A DNA stretch of 64,000 nucleotides from Andalucia godoyi And28 (taxonomy: Eukaryota > Protista > Jakobida), in NCBI GenBank assembly GCA_009859145.1, contig VRVR01000018.1, forward strand, positions 303,923 to 367,922, read 5' to 3'. The translations under genes and the position numbers were made by a program. Positions 32,401-41,117 of this stretch are shown one piece after another; position 1 is the stretch's first letter; the number at the start of each line of letters is the position of its first letter. The notes below the pieces were generated by a model. It saw nothing but the letters and a program-made list of their open reading frames with translations. It searched no databases and had not been told where the DNA came from.

Positions 32401-32688
32401 TTGCTGCCTTCCAAAGAGGATGACGAGGCGGCGCGAATTGCGCAAGACGCAGAAAATCAGAAACCGCAAATCACCGACGAGTGGAAGAACGAACCGTCTC
32501 ACGAAGTTGGCGCTCCTGTTGTGGAGACTCCGTTCGGAACAGTTGCAGCCGGATCCGATGGCACAGCGCCGCAAAATCCGCCACCAACTGCACCCTCGGC
32601 GACGAGCCCTGCCTCAGCGCCCGTCCCTTTGGAAGCCGCAGCGCCAGCATCCAATGCTGTGTCTGACCCGCCACTCGATAAGATTTAA
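29452..32688 (+). CDS. Class I 3',5'-cyclic nucleotide phosphodiesterase with N-terminal MGCGAS acylation motif (1078 aa)
   Basis: NPYHNRIHGSDV, AAHDVGHPG, LENFH, ILATDM, KAADVSN, EEFFEQGD, invariant Gln in CQLGF. Confidence 0.96.
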   Translation: MGCGASKNANDGTAPQDPQQQSQTQSQSQSQSAPSSNQGSTASLTKPTNAASDSSGKPPAAGGAGGAGGADPNAGLPFVPFEKLVIRDLDFALLKRITNVFSHFDPAKDRRLFVCGRARGGFNLRTLLISDTASATVWKCDVSAIDEFVDSVTAYTILTESLVKRSFKIVGSRRIADVIALRKEKEAATAAAKNDNGNGNGNGNKSNPEIDQSLAVDTTSASSSASSSGSASASPAPRKASNASGIVLVNHEAPALVLQLPIAPYMPEEVQRTSSGLWPEDVPCSLNARNQLCFTCERIESIEETQRLIAEMAIAMYESIPTRKSSLAHQQYHSQNEFADDEMRSPDKFRIVPGVQYTPSSAAPEHADHLPPVSPNAMELVNQSAEVRKVDDKKTDGAPSAEAAVTAAAPAPAPASGVSPMYLPMPLPVPAATDSSAASPHSDASSRSDKGQPEAIRERRKQLETDISSTEQEIKKQWKKLYELRASKWDLGRATVPEGSDVHLQRNPWRDRHGTLEVRKYGDDTSLPIVRILALISDLREMFHERPDLSEYSKNVRVQDLDYVEEVLAKNKQYNPEFIARNRDTTPDEETGEFLIQELTPYQKSAVETLSISLTTIKSVLAFTRVIRKHAAVTYMQKEMSSVFRENFPELKAFLDDNVRWDWNVFEFSHVARGRPLYTLAMAMMFRYELFEKLGLNFEKVKNFFMDVENNYLNNPYHNRIHGSDVLQTMLYFIEHGGYKQFLTSVDILGVIIASAAHDVGHPGLANPFQIKTMSSLALRFNNQSVLENFHCAFTFELLLKDNNNFLADLEMENRLYLRDLIINLILATDMGRNFEYLGKFQTQLIRADGSKFRPANPDELKLMLQLFIKAADVSNPAKSMPLYAGWVSRVMEEFFEQGDKERSMGMSISPFMNRETTDIGKCQLGFMDYVTLPLYETLGNFDKLFMPCLDQLLKNKAYWKEKVSIGQNPITPEMNRASSTAQLLPSKEDDEAARIAQDAENQKPQITDEWKNEPSHEVGAPVVETPFGTVAAGSDGTAPQNPPPTAPSATSPASAPVPLEAAAPASNAVSDPPLDKI

Positions 32689-32888
32689 GCAGTGGTCGTT
32701 TTTTCTTTCCATTTTCTTTCGTCAGCTTCTTCTTTCGAATGAATCGCAATGGCCAAAAAAACAAAAAACAATAATAATTCATAAATTCATTAAAAAGTTA
32801 TTGAATGAAAATCGCTACTGGTATGAAGCAAGTCCAAAATCCAAGTGTTCTCTGCTTTTGTATCGCTGGGGCAATGGGACGTCAGCCA

Positions 32889-33578
32889 TCACTGACCAAG
32901 CGCAGCAAAAAAGCAGAATGGAAATGCTGACTTGAACGACGTTTCATGGACGGTGGAGGATGAATCCGTGCGACATCTGCGAACACAGTATTCCCATCCG
33001 TCGTCGGCGTGTTCATAGTATTTCGCGCGTTTTCCGCCCTCCGTCTTTAATCTGAAAAGCATGTCGGCATTGGTATCCCGATACTCTGGTCTTAGACAAC
33101 ACGCCACACACATTGCATGGTCCACACAGCACTTGGACGCAACGTCGCACACCCGGTTGTTCTTGGCACTCGTGCAATGCAAAGCAAGCTGCCCCACATG
33201 TTCCGCGGTGCTGCCGGTATCGGGACAGCATCCCGTGCGAAGCGAATGCGGCGAAACCGAGCACACTCTACCAGAGTCGTCAACAAGTTGCCCGGCAGAT
33301 TCCGTGCTGCTTCTGCAGTGTTCGGCGCTGACGTCCATCTGATCGACTGCGAGTGACGCATTGGACAGCTCCAAGCGTGAGATTTCCTCTTGAATCACGG
33401 CCACAGACGACGACGAAAACAAGGGTGATGACGAGGACGAAGGCGACGCTGACGATGAGGACGCAGACGTTGCTGTCAGAACAATGAGGAACGCCGCGGA
33501 CAGGAGCGACAGAACCCACAGGTTGCGCAGGAACACAGCACGAGACCACGACCAGCTATTGCGAAACCGCGAAATCAT
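32889..33578 (-). CDS. SPRING1/C12orf49-like type II membrane Cys-rich protein
   Basis: N-terminal TM (LWVLSLLSAAFLIVLTA), then VDDSGRVC...GCC...C...CC..HAMCVACCLRP...WEYCVRRCRTDSSSTVHETSF...CF. Confidence 0.75.
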   Translation of the reverse strand: MISRFRNSWSWSRAVFLRNLWVLSLLSAAFLIVLTATSASSSSASPSSSSSPLFSSSSVAVIQEEISRLELSNASLAVDQMDVSAEHCRSSTESAGQLVDDSGRVCSVSPHSLRTGCCPDTGSTAEHVGQLALHCTSAKNNRVCDVASKCCVDHAMCVACCLRPEYRDTNADMLFRLKTEGGKRAKYYEHADDGWEYCVRRCRTDSSSTVHETSFKSAFPFCFFAALGQ

Positions 33579-33679
33579 TCATCTTTTTAATTATTAAACG
33601 GCCAAAATACGGACGATCAAACAAAACAAACTGAAATGATACATTATCTAATTATTAATACAAACTAAAACACGAAAAC

Positions 33680-33691
33680 AAAAAAAAAAAA
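33680..33691 (-). terminator. Pol III oligo(T) terminator of tRNA-Gln copy 2
   Basis: A12 on the plus strand (T12 on the minus strand), 6 nt after the tRNA 3' end. Confidence 0.8.
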
Positions 33692-33697
33692 GAGCTT

Positions 33698-33770
33698 TTG
33701 CCCCACACGGATTCGAACCGTGGCCCTAAGATTCAGAGTCTTATGTCCTAACCAACTAGACGATGGGGCA
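33698..33770 (-). tRNA. tRNA-Gln(CUG), copy 2, identical to copy 1 and inverted
   Basis: The reverse complement matches 14861-14933 base for base. Confidence 0.96.
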
Positions 33771-33872
33771 CTTCATGTGAGGCCTCCGCATGCGCACTCT
33801 TCTAATATTCACCGTTCAGTGTACTCTTAAAAAGACAAGAACAGCCATTTCCACCCTTTCAATCGTAAGTAT

Positions 33873-34410
33873 GCCTACATTATACACTGAGCATGCATAT
33901 CTACGAATGGACATGCATACCCAGTCTTGTATCCCGTTGCCGGGAAGGGGATAGGCACCAACACGCATCACGGCGCTCTTCAGATAGATGTTCCGCGCTC
34001 CGTTCCCAATCTCGATCAATCGGTGAGCCGCTTTCTCAGCGTGACACGTTGTTCCTGAGAAGGGTGCATTTTGATGCTGACGGCCCTAGCAGCAGGCGCT
34101 TTCGTGTCCTCAGTTGCAGCGATTGATGCAGCTGGAGATATGAGAGTAGGAAGAGGCGGCAGGCGTAGTGACACGTGGCCTCTTAGGAGGTCTGCGGGAC
34201 CTAGGAGGCCTGTATCGAGCGGCGTAGGCGCAGGCGAATGCGTCATCCCAGCGCACTCACGCCGGAGCCTGTGTCACCGGCTGAATTCTGGCCGAGCGTG
34301 TGTAAGCACGAATGCCTGTGAAACAAACGTGCTGGTGTCGGCCAGTATTGACCGTGTCTGTTTATGTATACTTCCGTATGCATGACAATGGCGTGTTATT
34401 ATTCAACGGT
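33873..34410 (+). repeat. Dispersed ~0.55 kb hairpin-rich repeat, copy A
   Basis: Highly similar to 46704-47310 (roughly 85-90% by eye). The 3' boundary is fuzzy. Confidence 0.9.
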
Positions 34411-34548
34411 GGACATGGATTTTTCCTATTCGATTGTCGGAGAAGTTCTGAATTTAGCGCGAGAGGAGCCAACCAGACGTGGAGACATGAATGATCTGTT
34501 TCAGTAAACAGAGCAAAAAAACGAGAACGAGACGCAGTGAAGGGGTGA

Positions 34549-35262
34549 TCATGTGCATGTCGTTTCAGCACTGCAGTGCGTCATGGTTGAGGGGATTTTG
34601 AGGACCTGGAGAGGGCATCCGGAACCTCCTCGCAGAACAATGGGCGCGAGGACGACGGTGGCAGGGCTTCGGAATGAGCAGTGGGTCTTCTCAAGCTTGA
34701 GACATTCGATGGACAGCATCTCTTGATCTGCAAGATACGTGTTCACAGAGAGACTTGGATTCGCACTGCCATCCGTTCCATGCGTGTCGATTCCAATTCC
34801 TAATATGTGGTGCGCAGCGAGGTGTTCGGCGAGCGAGCGAGATATTCCGGGAAAGCCAGAGCCAATGTACGCTGCGGTGCCTCTGGTCCAGTACTTCTCG
34901 GACCACCCTGTGTAGAAGAACACGAGACAGTCCTTGAACACAGATGCATCAAGGACGGAGTCCGACAGATGACGCCATTCAATGAGCGTGTCCGGAGCTG
35001 TGCAACATGCAGAAACGTCGAGGATCCAACATGAGAAGAAGGTTGACAGCACAGAGCGTTTGTGGATTAGAGTCTCAACGTCGATCCCGTCTCTACGAAA
35101 ACATAATGGAGCATTCAGATGGGTGCCGGTGTGTTCTCCAATGCATAGCTGACGAAGGAAGTACCCGTCGCGTTCGTGGGAAGAAATGATCGGAAATGCT
35201 ACGACCGGATCACCGGGCCACAATGGGATGTCCAAGGAAAACGCGTGAGACAGAGATTCCAT
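34549..35262 (-). CDS. Cyclase / kynurenine formamidase (KynB)-family hydrolase, variant motif (237 aa)
   Basis: LSHAF...PLWPGDP...GEHTGTHLNAP...VFFYTGWS...PG...GIGIDT...IECL...APIVLRGGSGCPLQV. ATG at 35262. Confidence 0.88.
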   Translation of the reverse strand: MESLSHAFSLDIPLWPGDPVVAFPIISSHERDGYFLRQLCIGEHTGTHLNAPLCFRRDGIDVETLIHKRSVLSTFFSCWILDVSACCTAPDTLIEWRHLSDSVLDASVFKDCLVFFYTGWSEKYWTRGTAAYIGSGFPGISRSLAEHLAAHHILGIGIDTHGTDGSANPSLSVNTYLADQEMLSIECLKLEKTHCSFRSPATVVLAPIVLRGGSGCPLQVLKIPSTMTHCSAETTCT

Positions 35263-35449
35263 GGTAAACCCGGCACTTGGACAATCAACAAAAAAGGTGC
35301 AACAAGTATAGAACTCAAAAAAGAGTGACACACTAATACGCATTCCGCACAGCGTGCGCGCAAAAGAGAAAGACACACACAGAGAGCAGCCACGTTTCCT
35401 TTTTTTTTTTCTTCCCAATTTCTTTACGCATTCACGATCTAACACAATT

Positions 35450-36504
35450 TTATCCAAAGCGTGCAGAGAGCTCAGCCTTGACAGCCTTCTCGCGCTTGGC
35501 GATCTTGGCCTGCGAGCGATGTCCGAGGATTCCACCACCCCACTGCTTGCGGAGGTCATCATAACGGTCGTTGAATGAGGCAGTCAGGAGGTCAACAATC
35601 TTGCCAAACTCTGCCTTATCCTCGTTGCGAACGTCAGTGATCGCCAAGCAAGTCGCGTTCTTCTGATGAACAATTTGTCCGAGGCGAGACTTGCCCTTGA
35701 CGATGCAGTATGGGATTCCGAGCTTCTTGCACAGAGTAGGGATGTACAGAACGAGATCAATGGGGTCAACATCGTGTGCAAGGACAACGAGCTTGGCCTT
35801 CTTGGACTCGATCAACGAGACGACGTGGTTCAATCCAAACTTGACAAATGCAGGCTTGGTCTTGGACTCGGTCTTCTCACCCTTTGCTTTGGCTTCAGCC
35901 TCGGTCTGGAGACGCGCCTTCTTGGCAACCTTATCCTCAGGCTTGTACTTGACGAGGAACTTGAACAGCTGAACTGCAGTTGCCTTGTCGACAGTCTTGG
36001 AGAACTGGTTGATGGTAGGGGGCACCTTCAGGCGCATGCGCAAAATACGCTTCTGGCGCTGCATGCGCACGTAGCGCGGCCACTTGACGAAGTGGCGGAG
36101 ATCGCGCTTGGGTTGGATGGCTCCACCAACTCCAAAGTTGCGAGGAGCAGAGGCAATCTGGGTAGACTCGGCCTTGGCATCCTTCTTGGCGTACGGGGCA
36201 GCAGCTCCACGGGCCTGGGTGGTCTTCTTGGCAGCAGCAGACTTAACTTCCTTGGGCTAAACATGAATGTGGCAAAAAAAAAAAAATAACAATAAAAAAT
36301 AAAATAGAAAAGGGAAACAAACCATTGAAATGGAAGGTCTCAGGTTAGTGACACTGGTACATAAGAAAGGGTCATCGCTTGCAAATAAAAACATCCCCTG
36401 GGTACGCAAGCCGTGGCTGTTTCACAACAGACACGAGGGCGGATGCGTACTCCAACGGAATTTGCAAACTATGGCACATGAAGGAGAAATGCGCCGCATA
36501 CCAT
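35450..36504 (-). CDS. RPL7A: 60S ribosomal protein L7a (eL8); exon 1 is ATG only (36504-36502), exon 2 is 36256-35450
   Basis: PRNFGVGGAIQPKRDLRHFVKWPRYVRMQRQKRIL...VPPTINQF...AHDVDPI...CIVKGKSRLG...WGGG. The frame is open up to TTTAG|CCC at 36256. The best upstream ATG|GTATGC follows a pyrimidine-rich leader; the alternative ATG|GTTTGT is at 36325-36323. Confidence 0.93.
36257..36501 (-). other. Probable RPL7A intron 1 (245 nt) containing a long hairpin and GAUGA/CUGA boxes
   Basis: GTATGC donor and TTTAG acceptor give an in-frame ATG-CCC junction. Confidence 0.65.
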
Positions 36505-36973
36505 TTGAATGTGTCCTCGCCTGGCGTGGAAAATATGACAAGTGCAAGACAACAGAACAGAAGAAGAAGAAAAGAGAGAGAGAGAAAGAGAGAGAAAGGG
36601 GGAAAAAAAAGGAAAAGGAAACGCACACAGCACGAGTCGGTGAAGAGGCCCATTGGAAACTAATTGAAAGACGATCGAATAGGAGAATAGAGAGGAAAGA
36701 GGGGTCTCGTGCACAAAGTTCTAGGGTTACGGGGTGAGGGGTGAGGGGGACACTTGTTACGATAACAACAGCCCCTGACTCCTGTGGTCCATTACTTGAG
36801 GTAAACCATCCGTCTGAAAGGACTCAACTCCAGCAAAGCTTCAAACTTGAAAAGGTTTTCACACAGACTAAAATCCCCCGCCAAACTCCCCGATTTTTGT
36901 GTCGTTGTGGACCATTTTTTTCAATTCTTTCTTTTCCGAGTATCATTGGAAAGGAACTCACGAAAACGATCAA

Positions 36974-37855
36974 ATGAATACCGCAGTTTCGACACTTCCG
37001 CTGCTTGTTTACCACGAAACGCAGCAGTTCGCGCTGTGCGGACTGCATGCAGTGAACTCCTTGCTACAGTCGTCGTATTTTACAGCAGCTGACTTCTCTA
37101 CATTTGCTCAGGAATGCGACCAACAGGAACGCGGAATGCTGTACGGATCGCACAGTGCCAAACACCATGGCGACGATGACGATGGCAGCAACGCCACTTC
37201 CAAAAATGTGAGCGATGATGGGAACTTTTCAATTCAGGTGATTGAAAAGGCGCTTTCCGTGTTTGGCTTGACACTTTCGATGTACACAACAGATCGAAAC
37301 AGAGAGATTCGCGAGGATCCCTGCAGAGCATGTGCGTATTTGTGCAACCTAGAAAGCCACTGGCTGACGCTCCGGAAATTCGGAAACCGCAGCACCGACG
37401 ATCTCGCAGCGCTTCCTGAAGAGGCGTTCCCATGGATGAATCTGGACTCGCTGCAGCCAGAGCCTACGCTGTTGAGCGCGACACACTTGGCGCTGTTCAT
37501 CGAGCAACTTGCCACGCAAGGGTACACGGTGTTTGTGGTGGAGGGCAAGCTTCCTGCTGCAGCGGCGGATGAAGCCGCAGCTGAGACCTTGAGAGTCCAG
37601 CTTCAAACTACGGCACGAAGACCTTCCAACAAGAGCGCAGAGGTCAAGGTGGCTGTCAAGTTCCCGGACGAGCGAATCTTCGAGTTTGAGTTTTCGCAGT
37701 CAGATCGAACCGATGATGTCCTGGCGTTTGCAGAGTCGTTTGCAGGCAGGACTGTCGTGATCGACGACCATTCGTTCATTCCTGGGCTGTCTCTCGGCGA
37801 ACTGCGACAGCTTACTGGCAACCCGGCATTTGAATGGACAGCCTCGTTTCCATAA
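36974..37855 (+). CDS. Josephin (ataxin-3-like) deubiquitinase with C-terminal UBX/ubiquitin-like segment (293 aa)
   Basis: YHETQQFALCGLHAVNSLLQ (catalytic Gln/Cys), GNFSIQVIEKAL, NLESHWLTLRKF (His), WMNLDS (Asn). Confidence 0.92.
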   Translation: MNTAVSTLPLLVYHETQQFALCGLHAVNSLLQSSYFTAADFSTFAQECDQQERGMLYGSHSAKHHGDDDDGSNATSKNVSDDGNFSIQVIEKALSVFGLTLSMYTTDRNREIREDPCRACAYLCNLESHWLTLRKFGNRSTDDLAALPEEAFPWMNLDSLQPEPTLLSATHLALFIEQLATQGYTVFVVEGKLPAAAADEAAAETLRVQLQTTARRPSNKSAEVKVAVKFPDERIFEFEFSQSDRTDDVLAFAESFAGRTVVIDDHSFIPGLSLGELRQLTGNPAFEWTASFP

Positions 37856-37997
37856 AAATGAAAAGGCTTTTCGAAATCGGGCATCGGCATCGCATTCAAA
37901 AGCGAAAAGCGAAAAGCGAAAAAGAGAAAAAAGAAAAAGAGAAAAGAGAAAAAGAGAGTGTGAGTATGAGAGAGAGAAAGGTTAGAGTTGGGTTCGA

Positions 37998-39161
37998 TCA
38001 GAATCTGGCTCGTGCCCTAATGCCACTTCCTTTGGCCTCAAAGTAGACTCCCAATACATCCGCATGCTCTTGGCAGAACACTTTGGTGTTCACAGCCATG
38101 GATGCCACACGGCAATCGTCCGGCATATCGGGGCAGCATACGGTCTGAATTGCAGCCCAGAATTCGTTGAACTGGACGATTTCCTCGTCGGAAAGGACGG
38201 CGGAGGGTGATTTCAAAAGTCTGTTTCTGAGGAACCAATTGAGACAGAGTGCCTTGCTGCATTTCCACAAGTGAACAGAGTATGCATTCATGTCGGCGCA
38301 AACATACTCCAATCCATGGTCGAACTCGGCATCCAACGAACACATTTGAGGAAACATCTCTAACGCGTCGAATCCTCTTTCAAGAGCCGCAAACACGCCA
38401 ACTTGCCCATTGCAGACTTGCTGATCCCTGTAAAACCGGTCAGCATGCGCCAGATCATGAAGCATAAACTCGAATGCATCCATCTTCTCATGAATGTACC
38501 CGTTCAACATGCGGTCTTTTTGGACCACCATGGACACAATCCGACGACCGATGCCCTGTGCTCGCAGCATCTGTAGCCCACTGGGGACCTCCTCTCCGGC
38601 ATCGAGAATCAGCGGATACGAACCTGCAATCCAGCCACAAATCACAGAATTGACAAACAGTGGCAAAGACTTGAGCTGGAAGGTCGCAAACAGCTCATAC
38701 AGAGTCACATCCATTGATTTGATGCGCGGATGCTCGAGCGACAGAACTGCGGAAGGTATTCGATTCAGAGGAGCAGATATGGACTGGCCAACTGCGCGTT
38801 CGGGCGCTGGCCGAAGACTGGAAGGCAGGACTCCACCAATCCAAAATTTTCTTCGCTTCTGCAGAAACAGCAGAATGTAACACGCAGCCATCTCGCCGTC
38901 GCTTAGGACTCTGGAATTCCACATTCTCAGTAGCACCTCCAGCTTCGGGAACAGATGCTCAGCCTCTTCTCGCAGCTCGCACGCCGGAATTGCAAGGTTC
39001 TTGTACCTTCCCTGAGGCTTCCATGTGTGCTGGTTTCGACGGACATGATCATCATGATCATCATCACCACCACCACCACGGTCACCACCACCTCCATCGT
39101 CTCCGCGTCCTGAATTCACGGATGCGGCCGCCGCTTTCTCAGGCACTGCTTCTAACAGCAT
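37998..39161 (-). CDS. Uncharacterised protein with DAFEFMLHDLAHA...GQ...DMN...HL motifs (387 aa)
   Basis: Long ORF with globular-looking composition and a candidate metal-binding HDxxH motif. Family not named. Confidence 0.75.
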   Translation of the reverse strand: MLLEAVPEKAAAASVNSGRGDDGGGGDRGGGGDDDHDDHVRRNQHTWKPQGRYKNLAIPACELREEAEHLFPKLEVLLRMWNSRVLSDGEMAACYILLFLQKRRKFWIGGVLPSSLRPAPERAVGQSISAPLNRIPSAVLSLEHPRIKSMDVTLYELFATFQLKSLPLFVNSVICGWIAGSYPLILDAGEEVPSGLQMLRAQGIGRRIVSMVVQKDRMLNGYIHEKMDAFEFMLHDLAHADRFYRDQQVCNGQVGVFAALERGFDALEMFPQMCSLDAEFDHGLEYVCADMNAYSVHLWKCSKALCLNWFLRNRLLKSPSAVLSDEEIVQFNEFWAAIQTVCCPDMPDDCRVASMAVNTKVFCQEHADVLGVYFEAKGSGIRARARF

Positions 39162-39374
39162 TCTTGTCCCATCGTTGACCGCACCTCTACAATAAAACCA
39201 AAGCAGTAAACAGTCGGCATGTCGCGTAACTCGTTGGGGCGGGCGCGTGACGAGTCCAAAACGACCAAGGAAAGGGCCGTCTTACGGCAGTTGTGCTGCG
39301 TATAGTTTTTCCCCTTCCCCTTTTTTCTTCTTTCCCGTTGGCTCTCGAGTCTCGACAGACGTGACCGGGAAACG

Positions 39375-41117
39375 CTACTCGCCGTGCCGTTGCTCCTGGA
39401 GGATGTACTCTGCAGCCCGCTCGGCAATGATAACGGTAGGATAGTTTGTGTTGCCAGAGGTAATGCGCGGCATGATGCTGGCGTCTGCGACGCGCAATCC
39501 GTCGATTCCAAAGACTTGCAATCGACTGTTGACCACCGCTTCCGGGTCTGAATCATGGCCCATTTTACACGTACCGACTGGGTGAAAAATGGTGGTACCC
39601 AGCGAGCGTGCGGCATCTAGCAGCTGTTCAGGAGTAGAAAACTCCGGACCCGGTCGAAACTCCTCGGGTTTGTACTTTGCAAGCGCTGCAGATTTCATGA
39701 TTCTTCGTGTAAATTGCAGTGCATCCACTGCAACCGTTCTGTCTTCTTCCGTTGAAAGGTAGTTTGTGGTGATCGACGGATGTGCATAAGGATCCATGGC
39801 AGGGTTTGCCAGAACCGATCCGCGGCTCGTAGGTCGCAGGTTACAGACAGACGGAGTGATCGCATCAAACGTATCGAGAGGATCCGAGAATTTGGGAAGG
39901 GAAAGAGGCTGAACGTGCCACTCAATATTGCAATATTCCTGAGACGGGTCGCTTTTCGCAAATGCACCGAGAGTCGAAGGAGGCATCGTGAGTGGGCCTT
40001 TTCTTTGTAGCAAGTACTCGAGACCCATCCGCGCTCTGGTAAGATAGTTGTGGTACAGAGTATTGAGCGTGGGAACCCCGCGGACTTTGTAGCAGGTACG
40101 AATTTGCAGATGATCCTGCAGGTTTCTCCCAACGCCGATCAAGGGCCGGGTGACCTCTTGGCCAATCTTCTCAAGGTCTTCGGGATGTCCTACTCCAGAG
40201 TGCTGAAGTACTGTCGGCGTATGAATGGCACCCGCGGCAAGAATAATTTCTTTTCTCACAGAGATTGTCGAAAATGACGAGGTGTGGCCCTTGGCAACTC
40301 GGACACCAACAGCACGGAGTCTCCCATTCGTTGCCTTGTTTTTCGCGAACACCACACGCTGGCAAGCAGTCGAGGTCTGCACTTCCAGGTTCTTTCTCGT
40401 GCGCACAGGATGCAAAAACGCATCCGCCATGGACCATCTTTTCCCATTCTTCTGATTCACATGAAAATACGCACAGCCAAAGTTGTCTCCGCGATTGAAT
40501 TCCCGTACGGACGGAATACCGCATTCGGCAGCAGCTTCTCTCCAGCGGTCCAGAATGTCCCACTGCACCCGGGGATTCTCGATTCGGAACGGACCGCCTT
40601 TGCCGTGCACCACAGCATCATTCTCGGCCTCACTGAAAGGAACGTAGTCCTCGATCCGACGAAACAGCGGAAGCAATGCGTCCCAGGACCAGTCATTCGA
40701 CCGTGTCGAGCTGGCCCAGAAATTGTAGTCCCATCGTTGGCCGCGCATCGCGATCATTGCATTGATGGACGAGCAGCCGCCCAGTACAAAGCCGCGGGCA
40801 TACGGATACAACGACCGGCCGTTCAGCCCGGGGTCCGGCACGGTTTTCATGCACCAGTCTGTTCGCGGATTTCCGATGGTGAAGAGATACCCAACTGGAA
40901 TCTTGATCCAGAAATAGTCATCGCTGGTTCCCGCCTCCAACAGAAGCACTCGGTTCTTCGGGTCTGCAGAGAGCCGATTTGCAAGGACACATCCCGCCGA
41001 ACCACCGCCAACAATCACATAGTCGTACACATTCGCAACAGTCCGTTGAAACACTTGGCGCACACCTGCGAAAACTCCGCAGCGCCCGTGATGAAATCCA
41101 GTCAGCACATTTTTCAT
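39375..41117 (-). CDS. GMC oxidoreductase (choline dehydrogenase-like), bacterial-type, with possible mitochondrial presequence
   Basis: DYVIVGGGSAGCVLANRLS..P..RVLLLEAG; GGCSSINAMI; GVGRNLQDHLQ; HPVGTCKMG; LRVADASIMPRITSGNTN.PT..IAERAA. First ATG at 41117. Confidence 0.95.
   Translation of the reverse strand: MKNVLTGFHHGRCGVFAGVRQVFQRTVANVYDYVIVGGGSAGCVLANRLSADPKNRVLLLEAGTSDDYFWIKIPVGYLFTIGNPRTDWCMKTVPDPGLNGRSLYPYARGFVLGGCSSINAMIAMRGQRWDYNFWASSTRSNDWSWDALLPLFRRIEDYVPFSEAENDAVVHGKGGPFRIENPRVQWDILDRWREAAAECGIPSVREFNRGDNFGCAYFHVNQKNGKRWSMADAFLHPVRTRKNLEVQTSTACQRVVFAKNKATNGRLRAVGVRVAKGHTSSFSTISVRKEIILAAGAIHTPTVLQHSGVGHPEDLEKIGQEVTRPLIGVGRNLQDHLQIRTCYKVRGVPTLNTLYHNYLTRARMGLEYLLQRKGPLTMPPSTLGAFAKSDPSQEYCNIEWHVQPLSLPKFSDPLDTFDAITPSVCNLRPTSRGSVLANPAMDPYAHPSITTNYLSTEEDRTVAVDALQFTRRIMKSAALAKYKPEEFRPGPEFSTPEQLLDAARSLGTTIFHPVGTCKMGHDSDPEAVVNSRLQVFGIDGLRVADASIMPRITSGNTNYPTVIIAERAAEYILQEQRHGE

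Noticed and set aside
33816-34246. Short ORFs inside the dispersed repeat as a transposon protein remnant
   Set aside because: The two copies differ by non-synonymous changes and a 1 nt indel, stops are shared, and no transposase or RT motif is visible.
34288-34345. Long hairpin in the repeat as a SECIS element or hammerhead ribozyme
   Set aside because: It lacks the AUGA/GA quartet and the CUGANGA/GAAA core on both strands, and no in-frame UGA selenoprotein lies upstream.
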